Shown here: positions 37,779-47,678 of the stretch, one piece after another | Numbering within the stretch: position 1 is the first letter of the stretch | Layout: each line of letters opens with the position of its first letter | Assembly: GCA_041671645.1 (NCBI GenBank) | Contig: JBAZBD010000001.1 | Coordinates: 671,234 to 735,233, forward strand | Direction of reading: 5' to 3' | DNA length: 64,000 nucleotides | Source: Patescibacteria group bacterium | Lineage (GTDB): Bacteria; Patescibacteriota; UBA1384; XYA2-FULL-43-10; 1-14-0-10-43-13 | The notes under the pieces: model-generated | Told to the model about the DNA's origin: nothing | The model's database searches: none | What the model saw: the letters and a program-made list of their open reading frames with translations, nothing else | Translations under genes and position numbers: made by a program

Positions 37779-39746
37779 ATGATTGTAAACGTAATACCAG
37801 AGGTCAAGGTTGGTGGAGAGATGGAGAGCTTCTCCTATTTGGTTCCCGAGGAGCTAGAGGGAGAGATACGAATCGGCTCAGTCGTCTCTATCCCTTTTGG
37901 TAATCGTAAGATTCGAGGCGTTGTCGAAGGGACGACGGAACACGGAGCAAACAATACTAAGTATGAAATAAAATCGTTAATTTCAGTTGACCCGAATATC
38001 ATTTTCACTGAAAAATACATAAAAATCGCCAAATGGATATCATCATACTATTTATGTAGTTTGGGCGAAGCAATCGAACTATTCCTCCCGCCGATGATGA
38101 AAAAACCGCGCCCAGGAGCACAGGTTGAAAGTTCAAAGTCCAAAGTCAAAAGTCCGATTGAATTAACAAATGAGCAGCAGGAAATATTTGAAAAACTGAA
38201 ACTAAGCCTGAATTCAAAAGCGAAAAAACATGCTCTGATCCGTGGAATTACTGGATCGGGGAAAACAGAAATTTATATTAAATTAGCCGAGGAAACATTA
38301 CAACTTGGGAAGCAGGTCATAGTATTGGTACCAGAGATTATTTTGACTCCCCAAACTGTCGAGCGCTTCCAAAAAACTTTTGGCGACCAAATTACCCTGA
38401 TGCACCACAATCTCTCGAAATCGGAGAAATTCAATTGTTATTTTGATTTTTATACTGGGAAGAAGCCGATTATTGTTGGACCACGATCTGCTTTGCTAAT
38501 CCCCTGTCCCAACATCGGGCTTATTATCATCGATGAAGAACAGGAAGATTCCTTCAAACAAGATCAAAATCCACGTTACCACGCTGTCACACTGGCCGAG
38601 AAAATCGCTGAGGCTACAGGCGCACAGCTCCTCCTCGGTAGCGCCACGCCCAAAATTGAAACGTTCCACAAGGCGAAAACGGGACAGTTTGATCTTTTCG
38701 AATTGACCGAACGGTACAACTCCGCCAAATTGCCTCCAGCAGAGATCGTGGACTTAAGGAATGAACTCCGGACTGGCAACAACTCCCCGATCTCAGAGAA
38801 GCTTCGCCAAAGCATAGAAGATATTTTGGAGAAGAAAAAACAGATTCTTCTCTTCCTAAATCGTCGCGGTACATCCACCTTCGTCTCTTGCCGAGATTGC
38901 GGACACGTGATAATATGCAAAAATTGCTCCATCCCACTTATCTATCACCTTTATGGCCAGAAAAGTGAGTTGAATTGCCACCACTGTGATTTTCGCCAAG
39001 ATGTCCCGATTACCTGTCCAAAATGCCACAGCCCAAAGATCAAATTTTTTGGCTCTGGGATTGAGAAAATTGAGACAGAGATCAGGAAGTTGTTTCCCCT
39101 TGCCAGGGTAGCCAGAGTAGACGCCTCAACGATCAAATCGAAGACCGACTACGAAAAGTTTTATCTCTCGTTCAAGAATCATGAGATCGATATCGCCATA
39201 GGTACGCAGATGATCGCCAAGGGCTTGGATATTCCAGGAGTTGACCTGGTCGGGATTGTTTCGGCTGATACCGGTCTCCACCTGCCATATTATCGAGCGA
39301 GCGAAAAGTCTTTTCAAATCCTGACTCAGGTCTCGGGCAGAAGCGGACGCAGAGGAGTGGCCGGCAAGACGATACTCCAGACCTACTGGCCCGAAGCCAA
39401 GCCGATTATTGACGCCAGCCTTCATGATTACCAAACCTTTTATAAGGATGAGATCGCGGAGCGTGAAAAGCATAATTATCCCCCCTTCCAGCATTTGATC
39501 AGAATAATTTCTGAGGACGAAAGCAGCGGAAAAGCAATCGAAAAGATTAGAAAAGTGGCGGCGGAATTAGCCAAAAACAAATTATCCTTCATCGGTCCTG
39601 GCGCTTGTTTCTATGAACGTCTTCACAACAAATTTCGCTTTCACATCATCGTCAAAGTCGACAAGCTTCCAGATCAAAGATTGCACGAAGTGGCAAAACT
39701 TTTTCCCCACCTCGTATGGGACGTCGACGCCGTAAATTTGTTATAA
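37779..39746 (+). CDS. priA: primosomal protein N' (replication restart helicase)
   Basis: Walker A GITGSGKTE, DExx DEEQEDSF, zinc-binding CRDCGH...CKNC...CHHC...CPKCH. Confidence 0.9.
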   Translation: MIVNVIPEVKVGGEMESFSYLVPEELEGEIRIGSVVSIPFGNRKIRGVVEGTTEHGANNTKYEIKSLISVDPNIIFTEKYIKIAKWISSYYLCSLGEAIELFLPPMMKKPRPGAQVESSKSKVKSPIELTNEQQEIFEKLKLSLNSKAKKHALIRGITGSGKTEIYIKLAEETLQLGKQVIVLVPEIILTPQTVERFQKTFGDQITLMHHNLSKSEKFNCYFDFYTGKKPIIVGPRSALLIPCPNIGLIIIDEEQEDSFKQDQNPRYHAVTLAEKIAEATGAQLLLGSATPKIETFHKAKTGQFDLFELTERYNSAKLPPAEIVDLRNELRTGNNSPISEKLRQSIEDILEKKKQILLFLNRRGTSTFVSCRDCGHVIICKNCSIPLIYHLYGQKSELNCHHCDFRQDVPITCPKCHSPKIKFFGSGIEKIETEIRKLFPLARVARVDASTIKSKTDYEKFYLSFKNHEIDIAIGTQMIAKGLDIPGVDLVGIVSADTGLHLPYYRASEKSFQILTQVSGRSGRRGVAGKTILQTYWPEAKPIIDASLHDYQTFYKDEIAEREKHNYPPFQHLIRIISEDESSGKAIEKIRKVAAELAKNKLSFIGPGACFYERLHNKFRFHIIVKVDKLPDQRLHEVAKLFPHLVWDVDAVNLL

Positions 39747-39786
39747 TTTAGCTTACTAGAAAAATATATTTGTCGAAAGTAAAAAT

Positions 39787-41118
39787 ATGAAACTAGATAT
39801 CTTCAAAAATGGATCCCCAATACTTCGCACACCCACAGAAACGGTGACTGATTTTGACATGGAACTCCAGAAAACTATAGACGATATGATCGAGACGATG
39901 AGGGGCGCCAACGGAATCGGCTTGGCCGCACCACAGATCGGTAGCTCGAAGAAATTATTGGTCTGCGAATTTGCAGGAGATGAAGAGAGCAAGATTCCGG
40001 CTGTCCCGCTAACTGTCCTTTGCAACCCCGAAATTGTTCAATCGTCAGACGAACTAAAAAATATGGTCGAGGGCTGCCTTTCCTTCCCTGGTATGGAGTT
40101 GATCGTGAAAAGACCGAAAAAGGTGAAGGTGAAGGGCTTTGATAGATATGGCGAACCGATCGAGATCGAAGCTGACAATTTGTATGCTCGAGTGCTACAG
40201 CACGAGATCGATCATCTAAATTGCACCCTTCTGGTCGACCATCTAGAGGAAGTTGACGTTATTTTTATCGGCACTGGCACGCTCGGCGTCCCTGCGCTCA
40301 ATGCCCTAGCAACAGACCCGCAATATCGCATCAAACTTGTCATCACCGGTGAAAATCTTGCCGTCTCAAGAACTCATGCCGACAACATCAACCCAATCGA
40401 GGAAACTGCCAAGAAATACAAGATCCCAATTCTCAAGACCAAGAATATCAAGGATCCTGAAACAATTGAGAAAATCAAAGCGACTAAGCCAAAAATTGGC
40501 ATTATGGCTGATTTTGGTCAGATCGTCAGCGAGGAGATTCTCAACATTCCAGAGTTTGGCATCATCAATATTCATCCTTCACTACTTCCTAAATACCGTG
40601 GACCCTCTCCAATCCAGCAACCGATTCTGGACGGCGTCAAAACTACTGGCGTAAGTCTGATACTAACGGCGAAGAAAATGGATGCTGGCGACCTTGTTTC
40701 TCAAACTATTGTGAAACTTCAAGGTTCGGAAACTTCTACTATTCTGAAGAACTTCCTGGCCGAAGTCGCTGCAACGCAACTTCTGAATTCCCTGCCCTAC
40801 TATATCGCTGGCGACTTGAAGCCTGAGCCACAGGGAGAGAAGCGGATCAGCTATACCCGCCTTTTCACGAAGGAGGATGGCCTTGTCACCGAAACAACTC
40901 CAGCAGTAGAGGTTGAGAGGAAAATTCGCGCTTTTGACGCTTGGCCCAAGGTCTACACTATGGTCAAGGGCAAGAGAGTCCAGCTTCTCTCTTCACATTT
41001 CGATAAAGAAAATAATTTCTTCATCGACCGAGTCAAACCAGAGGGCAAAAGTGAGATGAGTTATGAAGACTTTGTCCGAGGTTATCATACCGAAATCAAA
41101 TTCTCTGAATCGCGTTGA
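39787..41118 (+). CDS. def-fmt: peptide deformylase - methionyl-tRNA formyltransferase fusion protein
   Basis: Residues 1-155 carry the Def motifs GIGLAAPQIG, EGCLSFPG and QHEIDHLNC. Residues 157-443 are Fmt (VIFIGTGTLGVPALNAL; NIHPSLLPKYRGPSPIQ). Single uninterrupted ORF. Confidence 0.8.
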   Translation: MKLDIFKNGSPILRTPTETVTDFDMELQKTIDDMIETMRGANGIGLAAPQIGSSKKLLVCEFAGDEESKIPAVPLTVLCNPEIVQSSDELKNMVEGCLSFPGMELIVKRPKKVKVKGFDRYGEPIEIEADNLYARVLQHEIDHLNCTLLVDHLEEVDVIFIGTGTLGVPALNALATDPQYRIKLVITGENLAVSRTHADNINPIEETAKKYKIPILKTKNIKDPETIEKIKATKPKIGIMADFGQIVSEEILNIPEFGIINIHPSLLPKYRGPSPIQQPILDGVKTTGVSLILTAKKMDAGDLVSQTIVKLQGSETSTILKNFLAEVAATQLLNSLPYYIAGDLKPEPQGEKRISYTRLFTKEDGLVTETTPAVEVERKIRAFDAWPKVYTMVKGKRVQLLSSHFDKENNFFIDRVKPEGKSEMSYEDFVRGYHTEIKFSESR

Positions 41119-41175
41119 CATAATGCTCTTATTTTGTTATTCTAATCAGAGAAATTTAAGTTTTTTAGGAAAAAA

Positions 41176-41709
41176 ATGTTGAAAATCAGACTTACCAGAG
41201 TCGGCAAAAAGAATAGCCCGGCTTACCGTGTCGTAGTCGCAGAGCAGAAAAAAGCTGTTCAGCGCAAATTTATTGAAATCTTGGGTAATTACAACCCAGT
41301 TCTCAAACCAAAACAGCTTGTTATCGACAAAGAGCGAGCACTTTTTTGGATGAGCCAGGGCGCTCAGCCTTCTGACACCGTCAACAATTTGATGGTTGAT
41401 CTTGGCATTTTGTCCAAGGACAAGAAAATCAAAAAGGTTTTCGGCAAAGCCACCAAGAAAAAGGACGAGGGCAAGGAGCCAGAAGCTCCTAAAGCCGAAG
41501 AAGCAGTCGTAACAGCCGAGAGTGCCGAAGAAGCAGCTGCCGAAACTCCTGCAGAAGAAGCCCCAGCCGAAGAATCCAAGGCTGAAGAACCAGTTGTTGA
41601 AGAGCCAGTTGCTCCAGAAACTCCAGTTGAGGAAACTCCAGCCGAGGAACCAGTTACTGAAACCGAAGCTCCTGTTGAAGAATCTCCTGAAGATTCTGTT
41701 GAAAAATAA
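41176..41709 (+). CDS. rpsP: 30S ribosomal protein S16 with a long acidic Pro/Ala/Glu-rich C-terminal extension
   Basis: MLKIRLTRVGKKNSPAYRVVVAEQKKAVQRKFIEILGNYNP (S16 core, about 80 aa) followed by about 95 aa of PAEE/APEE-type repeats. Confidence 0.85.
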   Translation: MLKIRLTRVGKKNSPAYRVVVAEQKKAVQRKFIEILGNYNPVLKPKQLVIDKERALFWMSQGAQPSDTVNNLMVDLGILSKDKKIKKVFGKATKKKDEGKEPEAPKAEEAVVTAESAEEAAAETPAEEAPAEESKAEEPVVEEPVAPETPVEETPAEEPVTETEAPVEESPEDSVEK

Positions 41710-41777
41710 ACAAACTTTCCGTACAATAGAGCCATTAAGTAATATTTTTACACCGAAACCCGTGTAGAAAGGAAAAT

Positions 41778-42128
41778 GTGGAAGCAGATCAGAAATTTGT
41801 TGAAGATCTAGTCAAATCAATCGTCGAAAATCCAGGAGACGTTAGCACTGAAAGAACGATCGACGAAAGAGGTGTCCTTATCAAACTCAATGTCAATCCT
41901 GAAGACATGGGCAAAATCATTGGCAAAGAGGGCAAAACTGCCAAAGCTATCAGAACTTTACTTCGTGTTTTCGGCGCTAAATCAAACTCAAGACTAAACT
42001 TGAAAATTGTTGAGCCAGAAGGATCCGAGAGACCAGAGAGATCAGAAACTGCTAGCGAAGATCAAGACGACGTTGAAGATGCTACCAAAAGCGCTTTGGA
42101 CGACGTTCCAAACGACGTATTGGCCTAA
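41778..42128 (+). CDS. KH-domain RNA-binding protein (UPF0109/YlqC-like)
   Basis: GVLIKLNVNPEDMGKIIGKEGKTAKAIRTLL; conserved position between rpsP and trmD; GTG start; acidic tail. Confidence 0.75.
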   Translation: MEADQKFVEDLVKSIVENPGDVSTERTIDERGVLIKLNVNPEDMGKIIGKEGKTAKAIRTLLRVFGAKSNSRLNLKIVEPEGSERPERSETASEDQDDVEDATKSALDDVPNDVLA

Positions 42129-42230
42129 ATACAAATTGAATTTTATAAGAGTCGCCACAACTCTTACCATCCCAAAGATGGTTTGATGTGGCGATTTTCT
42201 TTTTTCAATAATTATTAATCGATATAAACT

Positions 42231-42902
42231 ATGAAATTTGACATTATTACACTGTTCCCTGAAATGTTCGTCGGCCCCTTCTCGGAGTCCATTTTGAAGA
42301 AGGCCCAAAACAAAGACCTGATCAAAATTAATTTTCACAATCTAAGAAATTGGGCTACTGACGCTCATGGCACCGTCGATGATACTCCATATGGCGGAGG
42401 TGCCGGCATGGTCTTGAAAATAGACGTAATGGACAAGGCGCTGGAAGCAGTCAAAAGTGACAAAGCTGAAGGCTCAAAAGAGAAAATTATTTTGCTATCG
42501 CCAAAAGGGCGAAGATTGAACCAAGATATCGTCAGAGACTTAGCCCAGTATGACCGTCTAATCCTGCTCTGCGGGCATTATGAGGAGTTTGACGAGCGTA
42601 TACGGGAGAATCTAGTTGATGATGACATCTCGCTCGGAGACTTCGTCCTGACGGGTGGAGAGATCCCAGCCATGGCGCTAGTTGATTCTGTCTCTCGTCT
42701 CGTACCAGGGGTGCTGAAAGAAGGATCTCCAGACGAAGAATCCTTCATGCAAAAGGATGAATCAGACAATTTCCTGCTCGAATACCCTCAATACACTAGG
42801 CCAGTAGAATACAAAGGTTGGAAAGTGCCAGAAGTCTTGCAATCCGGCAATCATGGCGAGATCGACAAATGGCGAGATCAAAACCGTCAAAAAGCTGAAT
42901 AA
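42231..42902 (+). CDS. trmD: tRNA (guanine37-N1)-methyltransferase
   Basis: MKFDIITLFPEMF ... SPKGRRLNQDIV ... LLCGHYEEFDERI ... ISLGDFVLTGGEIPAMAL. Confidence 0.9.
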   Translation: MKFDIITLFPEMFVGPFSESILKKAQNKDLIKINFHNLRNWATDAHGTVDDTPYGGGAGMVLKIDVMDKALEAVKSDKAEGSKEKIILLSPKGRRLNQDIVRDLAQYDRLILLCGHYEEFDERIRENLVDDDISLGDFVLTGGEIPAMALVDSVSRLVPGVLKEGSPDEESFMQKDESDNFLLEYPQYTRPVEYKGWKVPEVLQSGNHGEIDKWRDQNRQKAE

Positions 42903-42989
42903 ATTCACTTTTTGGGCACAAAAAATCCCCAATGAAGGGGTAGGCGGGTCTCCGCGCATGTAACATGCTTGGAGACCCTCTGAAATTAT

Positions 42990-43229
42990 CTACGTTGTGA
43001 CTGAGACGGCATATTTGCCGCTTTCTGGTGCTCTACGAAGCCATGTAATCGCTGCTCGATGGCCAGTTCCTACAGGACAATTGCGGACGACTGCTCCGTC
43101 GTTGAGGATTTTAACGCCAATGACGCCAAATTCCTGCACACAGGCTTCGATCCGTGAGACTGCCGTCTCTGCTGACATTGGCTGACTACCGTCAAGCCCT
43201 GCCAACAATTTCTTCTTTTTGTCTGCCAT
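42990..43229 (-). CDS. hypothetical small protein (uncertain; region could instead be structured RNA)
   Basis: 79-aa ORF in a locally GC-rich segment with no recognisable motif; flanked by long hairpins. Confidence 0.25.
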   Translation of the reverse strand: MADKKKKLLAGLDGSQPMSAETAVSRIEACVQEFGVIGVKILNDGAVVRNCPVGTGHRAAITWLRRAPESGKYAVSVTT

Positions 43230-43486
43230 TTGATTGGCTCCTTTGGGGGTAGAATGCTCCCTAACTTGATCCTTGGGGGATCGCCTTAGAAAGACTAGGC
43301 AAAGCTAATATCTAGCTCTGGACTAGCCTCACTAAATGCAGTATTATTACTACACAATATTTTTGGAATATTTGCAATTATACTGTTTATTAGTCTTTTT
43401 GTCAAGAGTACCGAACAAACATCGAATAAAATGATTGGATCCCCGGATCATGGCTAGCGCCTGTCCGAGGATGACAACTAAATAAT

Positions 43487-45463
43487 ATGGCCATGGAACA
43501 TCCTTTTAAAATTCATTCCGATTGGAAACCTGCCGGCGATCAGCCGGAAGCGATTTTGGCATTGACCGAAAATCTGAAAAAGGACGTGAAACATCAGACC
43601 CTTTGGGGTGTGACAGGAAGCGGCAAGACCTTCACCATGGCCAATGTGATCCAAAATGTGCAGAAGCCTACTCTAGTGATCGCACACAACAAAACTCTGG
43701 CCGCACAGCTAGCCGATGAGTTTCGCGCCTTCTTCCCAGAAAATGAAGTCCATTATTTCGTTTCGTACTATGATTATTATCAGCCAGAAGCCTATATTCC
43801 CCATTCCGATACCTATATCGAGAAGGATTCCTCGATCAATGATGAGATCGATCGCCTTCGCCACGCCGCCACCCACGCGCTACTGACCCGCAAAGACGTC
43901 ATCATCGTCGCCTCAGTTTCCTGCATCTACGGTATTGGTAGCCCAGAATTCTATCTATCGGAAAATTTCAGCTTCGAGGTCGGTCAAAAGATAAATCGCA
44001 ATGAATTCTTGCAGAAACTAAATACTCTGCGTTACGAACGCAACGATATTGATCTCAAGCGCGGAACATACCGCCTTCGCGGCGACGTCCTGGAGATCCT
44101 GCCGGCCTATGCCAATAATTCTATCCGAATTGAGTTTTTTGGCGATACAGTCGAGAAAATTTCAGAGGTTGACTGGGTCACTGGCGCACAAATGAAGGAT
44201 CTGACTGAATTTGATGTTTTCCCGGCTACTCACTTCCTGACCCCGCCAGAATTGCAGAAAAAAGCGATCGAACAGATCAAGAATGATTTGGAGATCCAAG
44301 TTGCCAGATTCAAGAAAGAGGGCAAGCCACTCGAGGCCGAGAGGATCGAGCAGAGGACAAATTTTGATATTGAGATGATCGAACAGACCGGGAGTTGCTC
44401 CGGAATTGAGAATTATTCTCGTTATTTTGATGGTCGCAAAGCGGGAGAGCCAGCCACCACCCTAATTGACTACTTCCCCGAAGATAAATTGATCTTCATC
44501 GACGAATCCCACATGACCGTGCCACAGATCGGCGCAATGTTCGAAGGCGACCGCGCCAGGAAAGATAAATTGGTCGAATACGGCTTTCGTCTACCGTCCG
44601 CCTATGACAATCGTCCGCTCCGCTGGCCAGAATTCTACAAGAAAATCGACCAAGCCATCTATGTTTCGGCTACTCCAGGTAAATACGAGATGGAGAAAAC
44701 TGCTGACAATATTATTCGTCAATTCATCCGTCCGACAGGACTGCTCGACCCAATTATCGAGATAAGGAAAACGAAAGGCCAGATTGATGATCTGATGGCT
44801 GAGATCGCCAAGACGACGGCCAAGGGCCAGAGGGTCCTCGTCACGACGCTAACCAAGAGAATGGCCGAAGAGCTCTCAGATTATCTAACGGATAAGGGAA
44901 TTAAGGTCGCCTATCTCCACTCCGATATTATTACGCTAGAGAGGCTAGAGATATTACACAAATTACGACTTGGCAAATTTGATGTCCTGATCGGGATCAA
45001 TTTGCTCAGAGAAGGACTCGACCTGCCGGAAGTCTCTCTGGTCGCCATACTAGATGCTGACAAAGAAGGATTTCTCCGTAGCAAGACTAGCCTGATCCAG
45101 ACCATGGGCCGCGCCGCCCGTCATGTTGACGGCCGAGTTATAATGTACGCTGACGTCGAGACCGATTCGATGAAAGCGGCCATTGCCGAAACAACAGCAC
45201 GCCGCGAGGTTCAGGAAAAATATAATCAGGACCATGGAATCACCCCAATCAGCATTTCGAAATCTGTCGCCCCAGAGAAGATAGAGGAGGAGAAGGAATT
45301 GTCAGAAATCGAACACGATTTTGCCAGATTGCCAAAAAGTGAAAAGAAAAGGGTCGTGGCCGATATTCAAGTAAGAATGCTAGCGGCGGCCAAGAACCTG
45401 GAATTTGAGCGTGCAGCAGAGCTTCGCGACCAAATTACCTTCTTGGAGGCCCAAATCCGCTAA
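43487..45463 (+). CDS. uvrB: excinuclease ABC subunit B
   Basis: GVTGSGKTFTMA, helicase motifs, and the C-terminal UVR domain ...AAELRDQITFLEAQI. Confidence 0.95.
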   Translation: MAMEHPFKIHSDWKPAGDQPEAILALTENLKKDVKHQTLWGVTGSGKTFTMANVIQNVQKPTLVIAHNKTLAAQLADEFRAFFPENEVHYFVSYYDYYQPEAYIPHSDTYIEKDSSINDEIDRLRHAATHALLTRKDVIIVASVSCIYGIGSPEFYLSENFSFEVGQKINRNEFLQKLNTLRYERNDIDLKRGTYRLRGDVLEILPAYANNSIRIEFFGDTVEKISEVDWVTGAQMKDLTEFDVFPATHFLTPPELQKKAIEQIKNDLEIQVARFKKEGKPLEAERIEQRTNFDIEMIEQTGSCSGIENYSRYFDGRKAGEPATTLIDYFPEDKLIFIDESHMTVPQIGAMFEGDRARKDKLVEYGFRLPSAYDNRPLRWPEFYKKIDQAIYVSATPGKYEMEKTADNIIRQFIRPTGLLDPIIEIRKTKGQIDDLMAEIAKTTAKGQRVLVTTLTKRMAEELSDYLTDKGIKVAYLHSDIITLERLEILHKLRLGKFDVLIGINLLREGLDLPEVSLVAILDADKEGFLRSKTSLIQTMGRAARHVDGRVIMYADVETDSMKAAIAETTARREVQEKYNQDHGITPISISKSVAPEKIEEEKELSEIEHDFARLPKSEKKRVVADIQVRMLAAAKNLEFERAAELRDQITFLEAQIR

Positions 45464-45503
45464 CCTTGACTTTGAGCGTCATTTTGGCTATTATAACGAA
45501 GCA

Positions 45504-45824
45504 ATGAATCATCAAGAGCTTTATAAATTGTTGGTCACGGTGCAGAAAAACGTTCGTTGCCCTCAGTGTGGCAAACAGTACGATTTTGCTTCAATCCAGA
45601 TTCGTGGCATCGTCGACACAATTCTCTTTCTTGAGCTCAATTGTTCGAGCCACATGCCCCTCCTTGCCACAGTCACCTTGAGCAAACAATCGCCCAAGAT
45701 CAAGACTGGCGTTGAGAGCAAAGTCAGCTCAGACGACGTGATCGAAACATACCGATTCCTGAAGGATTGGAACGGATCATTTGCCGAAATATTTAACGAA
45801 AAAATAGATAACAATAAGGAATAG
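45504..45824 (+). CDS. hypothetical zinc-ribbon protein
   Basis: MNHQELYKLLVTVQKNVRCPQCGKQYDF; start set at the internal ATG to avoid overlapping the uvrB end. Confidence 0.4.
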   Translation: MNHQELYKLLVTVQKNVRCPQCGKQYDFASIQIRGIVDTILFLELNCSSHMPLLATVTLSKQSPKIKTGVESKVSSDDVIETYRFLKDWNGSFAEIFNEKIDNNKE

Positions 45825-45827
45825 AAA

Positions 45828-46511
45828 ATGTCAGAAGAATTCAAACTAAAAGTAGAAATCAGAAGCGAGAAACCAAACATTACTCGCAAGAATAACAAAA
45901 TTCCAGCTATCGTCTACGGTAAACACGTCGATCCTATTGCTGTAGCTATCGACAAGCTCGAGTTTGAGCGCATCTTCCGACATGCTGGTACTTCTCATTT
46001 GATTGAGATGACCGCCGGAGATCAAAAATTCAAAACTTTGATTAACGACTTTCAGAAGCACCCCGTGACTGGTCAAATTTTGCATATTGATTTCACTAAG
46101 ATCAATATGAAAGAGAAAATCCGCGCCGAGGTCCCTCTCAAATTTGTCGGCGAATCCAATGCTGTCATCAATCTTGAAGGTTCTCTCATCAATCCAATCG
46201 ATGCTATCGAAATTGAATGTTTGCCAGCCGACCTTCCTGCTGAAATTGAAGTTGATATCGCTGTGCTTGACGACTTCGAGAAGAATATCAAGATTTCCGA
46301 CTTGAATATCCCTGCCGGTGTCGAAGTTCTCTCTGACGTCGAAGAAGTGATCGCATTTGTCCAGGAGCCAAGAAGCGAAGAAGAGCTTGAGGCCCTGAAC
46401 GAAGAAGTGGTTGAAGATGTTAGCGCAATCGAAGTTGAGAACAAGGGCGAGGACGCTCCCGTTGAAGAGGGCGCAGCCGAAGAGAAATCTGAAGACAAAA
46501 AAGAAGAGTAA
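45828..46511 (+). CDS. rplY: 50S ribosomal protein L25 / general stress protein Ctc, with acidic tail
   Basis: KLKVEIRSEKPNITRKNNKIPAIVYGKHVDPIAVAIDKLEFERIF...HIDF. Confidence 0.8.
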   Translation: MSEEFKLKVEIRSEKPNITRKNNKIPAIVYGKHVDPIAVAIDKLEFERIFRHAGTSHLIEMTAGDQKFKTLINDFQKHPVTGQILHIDFTKINMKEKIRAEVPLKFVGESNAVINLEGSLINPIDAIEIECLPADLPAEIEVDIAVLDDFEKNIKISDLNIPAGVEVLSDVEEVIAFVQEPRSEEELEALNEEVVEDVSAIEVENKGEDAPVEEGAAEEKSEDKKEE

Positions 46512-46524
46512 ATATTTCGCACTA

Positions 46525-46553
46525 AATACAAAAAATGCTCCGCAAGGGGCATT
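46525..46553 (+). terminator. terminator after rplY
   Basis: aaaaaATGCTCCgcaaGGGGCATttttt. Confidence 0.55.
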
Positions 46554-46603
46554 TTTTGGTGGACAAAGATTAAATATTATGTTAACGTATCGCCATCATC
46601 ATA

Positions 46604-46906
46604 TTGATCGTGATCGGTCTCGATCAACTAGGGGGGCACCAAGTGGATGATTTAAAATTTGGACATAGAGTTAGGGTCAGAGTCCTTGGATTCCTCGAGG
46701 GAGTAAAAATCCCAGAAGAGTTTCAGGAGGCTCGACAGATCGGCCGTTATGGCAAGATTGTTGGTTTCGTCAGCGGTTATGGCGGGAACGTCTGCATAGT
46801 CCAAATGGGCGACACCTGCCAACGCGGGTATTTCTCCCGTCATGAGCTGGGAGAGACCTTCCACGAATCTTCTCCAGAATCAAGATGGTTCGACAAATCG
46901 GCCTGA
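46604..46906 (+). CDS. hypothetical protein (low confidence)
   Basis: 100-aa ORF with an alternative start; no motif. Confidence 0.25.
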   Translation: MIVIGLDQLGGHQVDDLKFGHRVRVRVLGFLEGVKIPEEFQEARQIGRYGKIVGFVSGYGGNVCIVQMGDTCQRGYFSRHELGETFHESSPESRWFDKSA

Positions 46907-46974
46907 TGGCCGAATTAATTACACGCTCCGTAGAATCAATTTCCGCGGAGCGAATTTTATTAGTACTCGACTAA

Positions 46975-47550
46975 TTATTTTGAGATCAGTTCTAGCTTCG
47001 ATAATAATATGCGTTCATTCCCAAATCCTGTATTTTCATAGAGTGCGATGGCGTCGATCGTAGATTTCTCATCAAAATCCCTATCGGCTAAATATCGTTT
47101 TATTTCGGTAAATTTTTCTTCAGTAACATCGTTGTAGGCAAGAGTGACGTGCGGATCAAATGCCCGAGCTTGCTGAGCAGGAAAGGCATTGAACTGGAGT
47201 AACTTTCGATTAATACCTGATAGCTCGGCTCCCTTCGCCACATCAACCGTCGCTACATAAGGATTTTTGGCTGTTCCCCCGACGATAGCATTATCAAAAA
47301 ATTTGAAACCGCTCAGGACAACTTGGATAGGGCCAATTGGCGAAATAAATTCTTTAAATTGGGAGATCATGTCTGCGATCTTATCTGACGGCACGATAAG
47401 ACCAGGACGCAACGTCACATGTGGCGGCCAACTTAATGCTTCGCGCACATCAAATTTTTCAGCGATTTCAGCGCGTAATTCCTGAAGACGGTCGCTTGTT
47501 TCTTCCGAGAATAGCCCGATAACTGCAATATTTTTCTGCTCTGTGCCCAT
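46975..47550 (-). CDS. 2H-phosphoesterase / 2'-5' RNA ligase (LigT-like)
   Basis: Two HxT/S motifs: PHVTLRPG and PHVTLAYN. Confidence 0.75.
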   Translation of the reverse strand: MGTEQKNIAVIGLFSEETSDRLQELRAEIAEKFDVREALSWPPHVTLRPGLIVPSDKIADMISQFKEFISPIGPIQVVLSGFKFFDNAIVGGTAKNPYVATVDVAKGAELSGINRKLLQFNAFPAQQARAFDPHVTLAYNDVTEEKFTEIKRYLADRDFDEKSTIDAIALYENTGFGNERILLSKLELISK

Positions 47551-47678
47551 AATTATATCTCTATTTTTAATTGAATACGGTAGTTTACTTAGCGACTTCT
47601 TGTTTTTGAATGATTTATTTGCGTATAATAACCACTGCTAGTATAGCAAATTATTAATTACTATTATATTCGCTAAAT

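Noticed and set aside
41364-41735. 123-aa minus-strand ORF rich in Ser/Ala/Gly
   Set aside because: It is antisense to the repetitive acidic tail of rpsP. The low-complexity codon repeats create an open frame on the opposite strand.
42905-43300. tmRNA, SRP RNA or 6S RNA in the GC-rich hairpin region after trmD
   Set aside because: No tRNA-like acceptor/T-arm pair, no SRP domain IV GNAR motif and no resume-codon/tag ORF were recognisable. It is left as unassigned structured DNA.
46073-46552. 159-aa minus-strand Ser-rich ORF
   Set aside because: It is antisense to rplY and its acidic tail, the same artefact as above.
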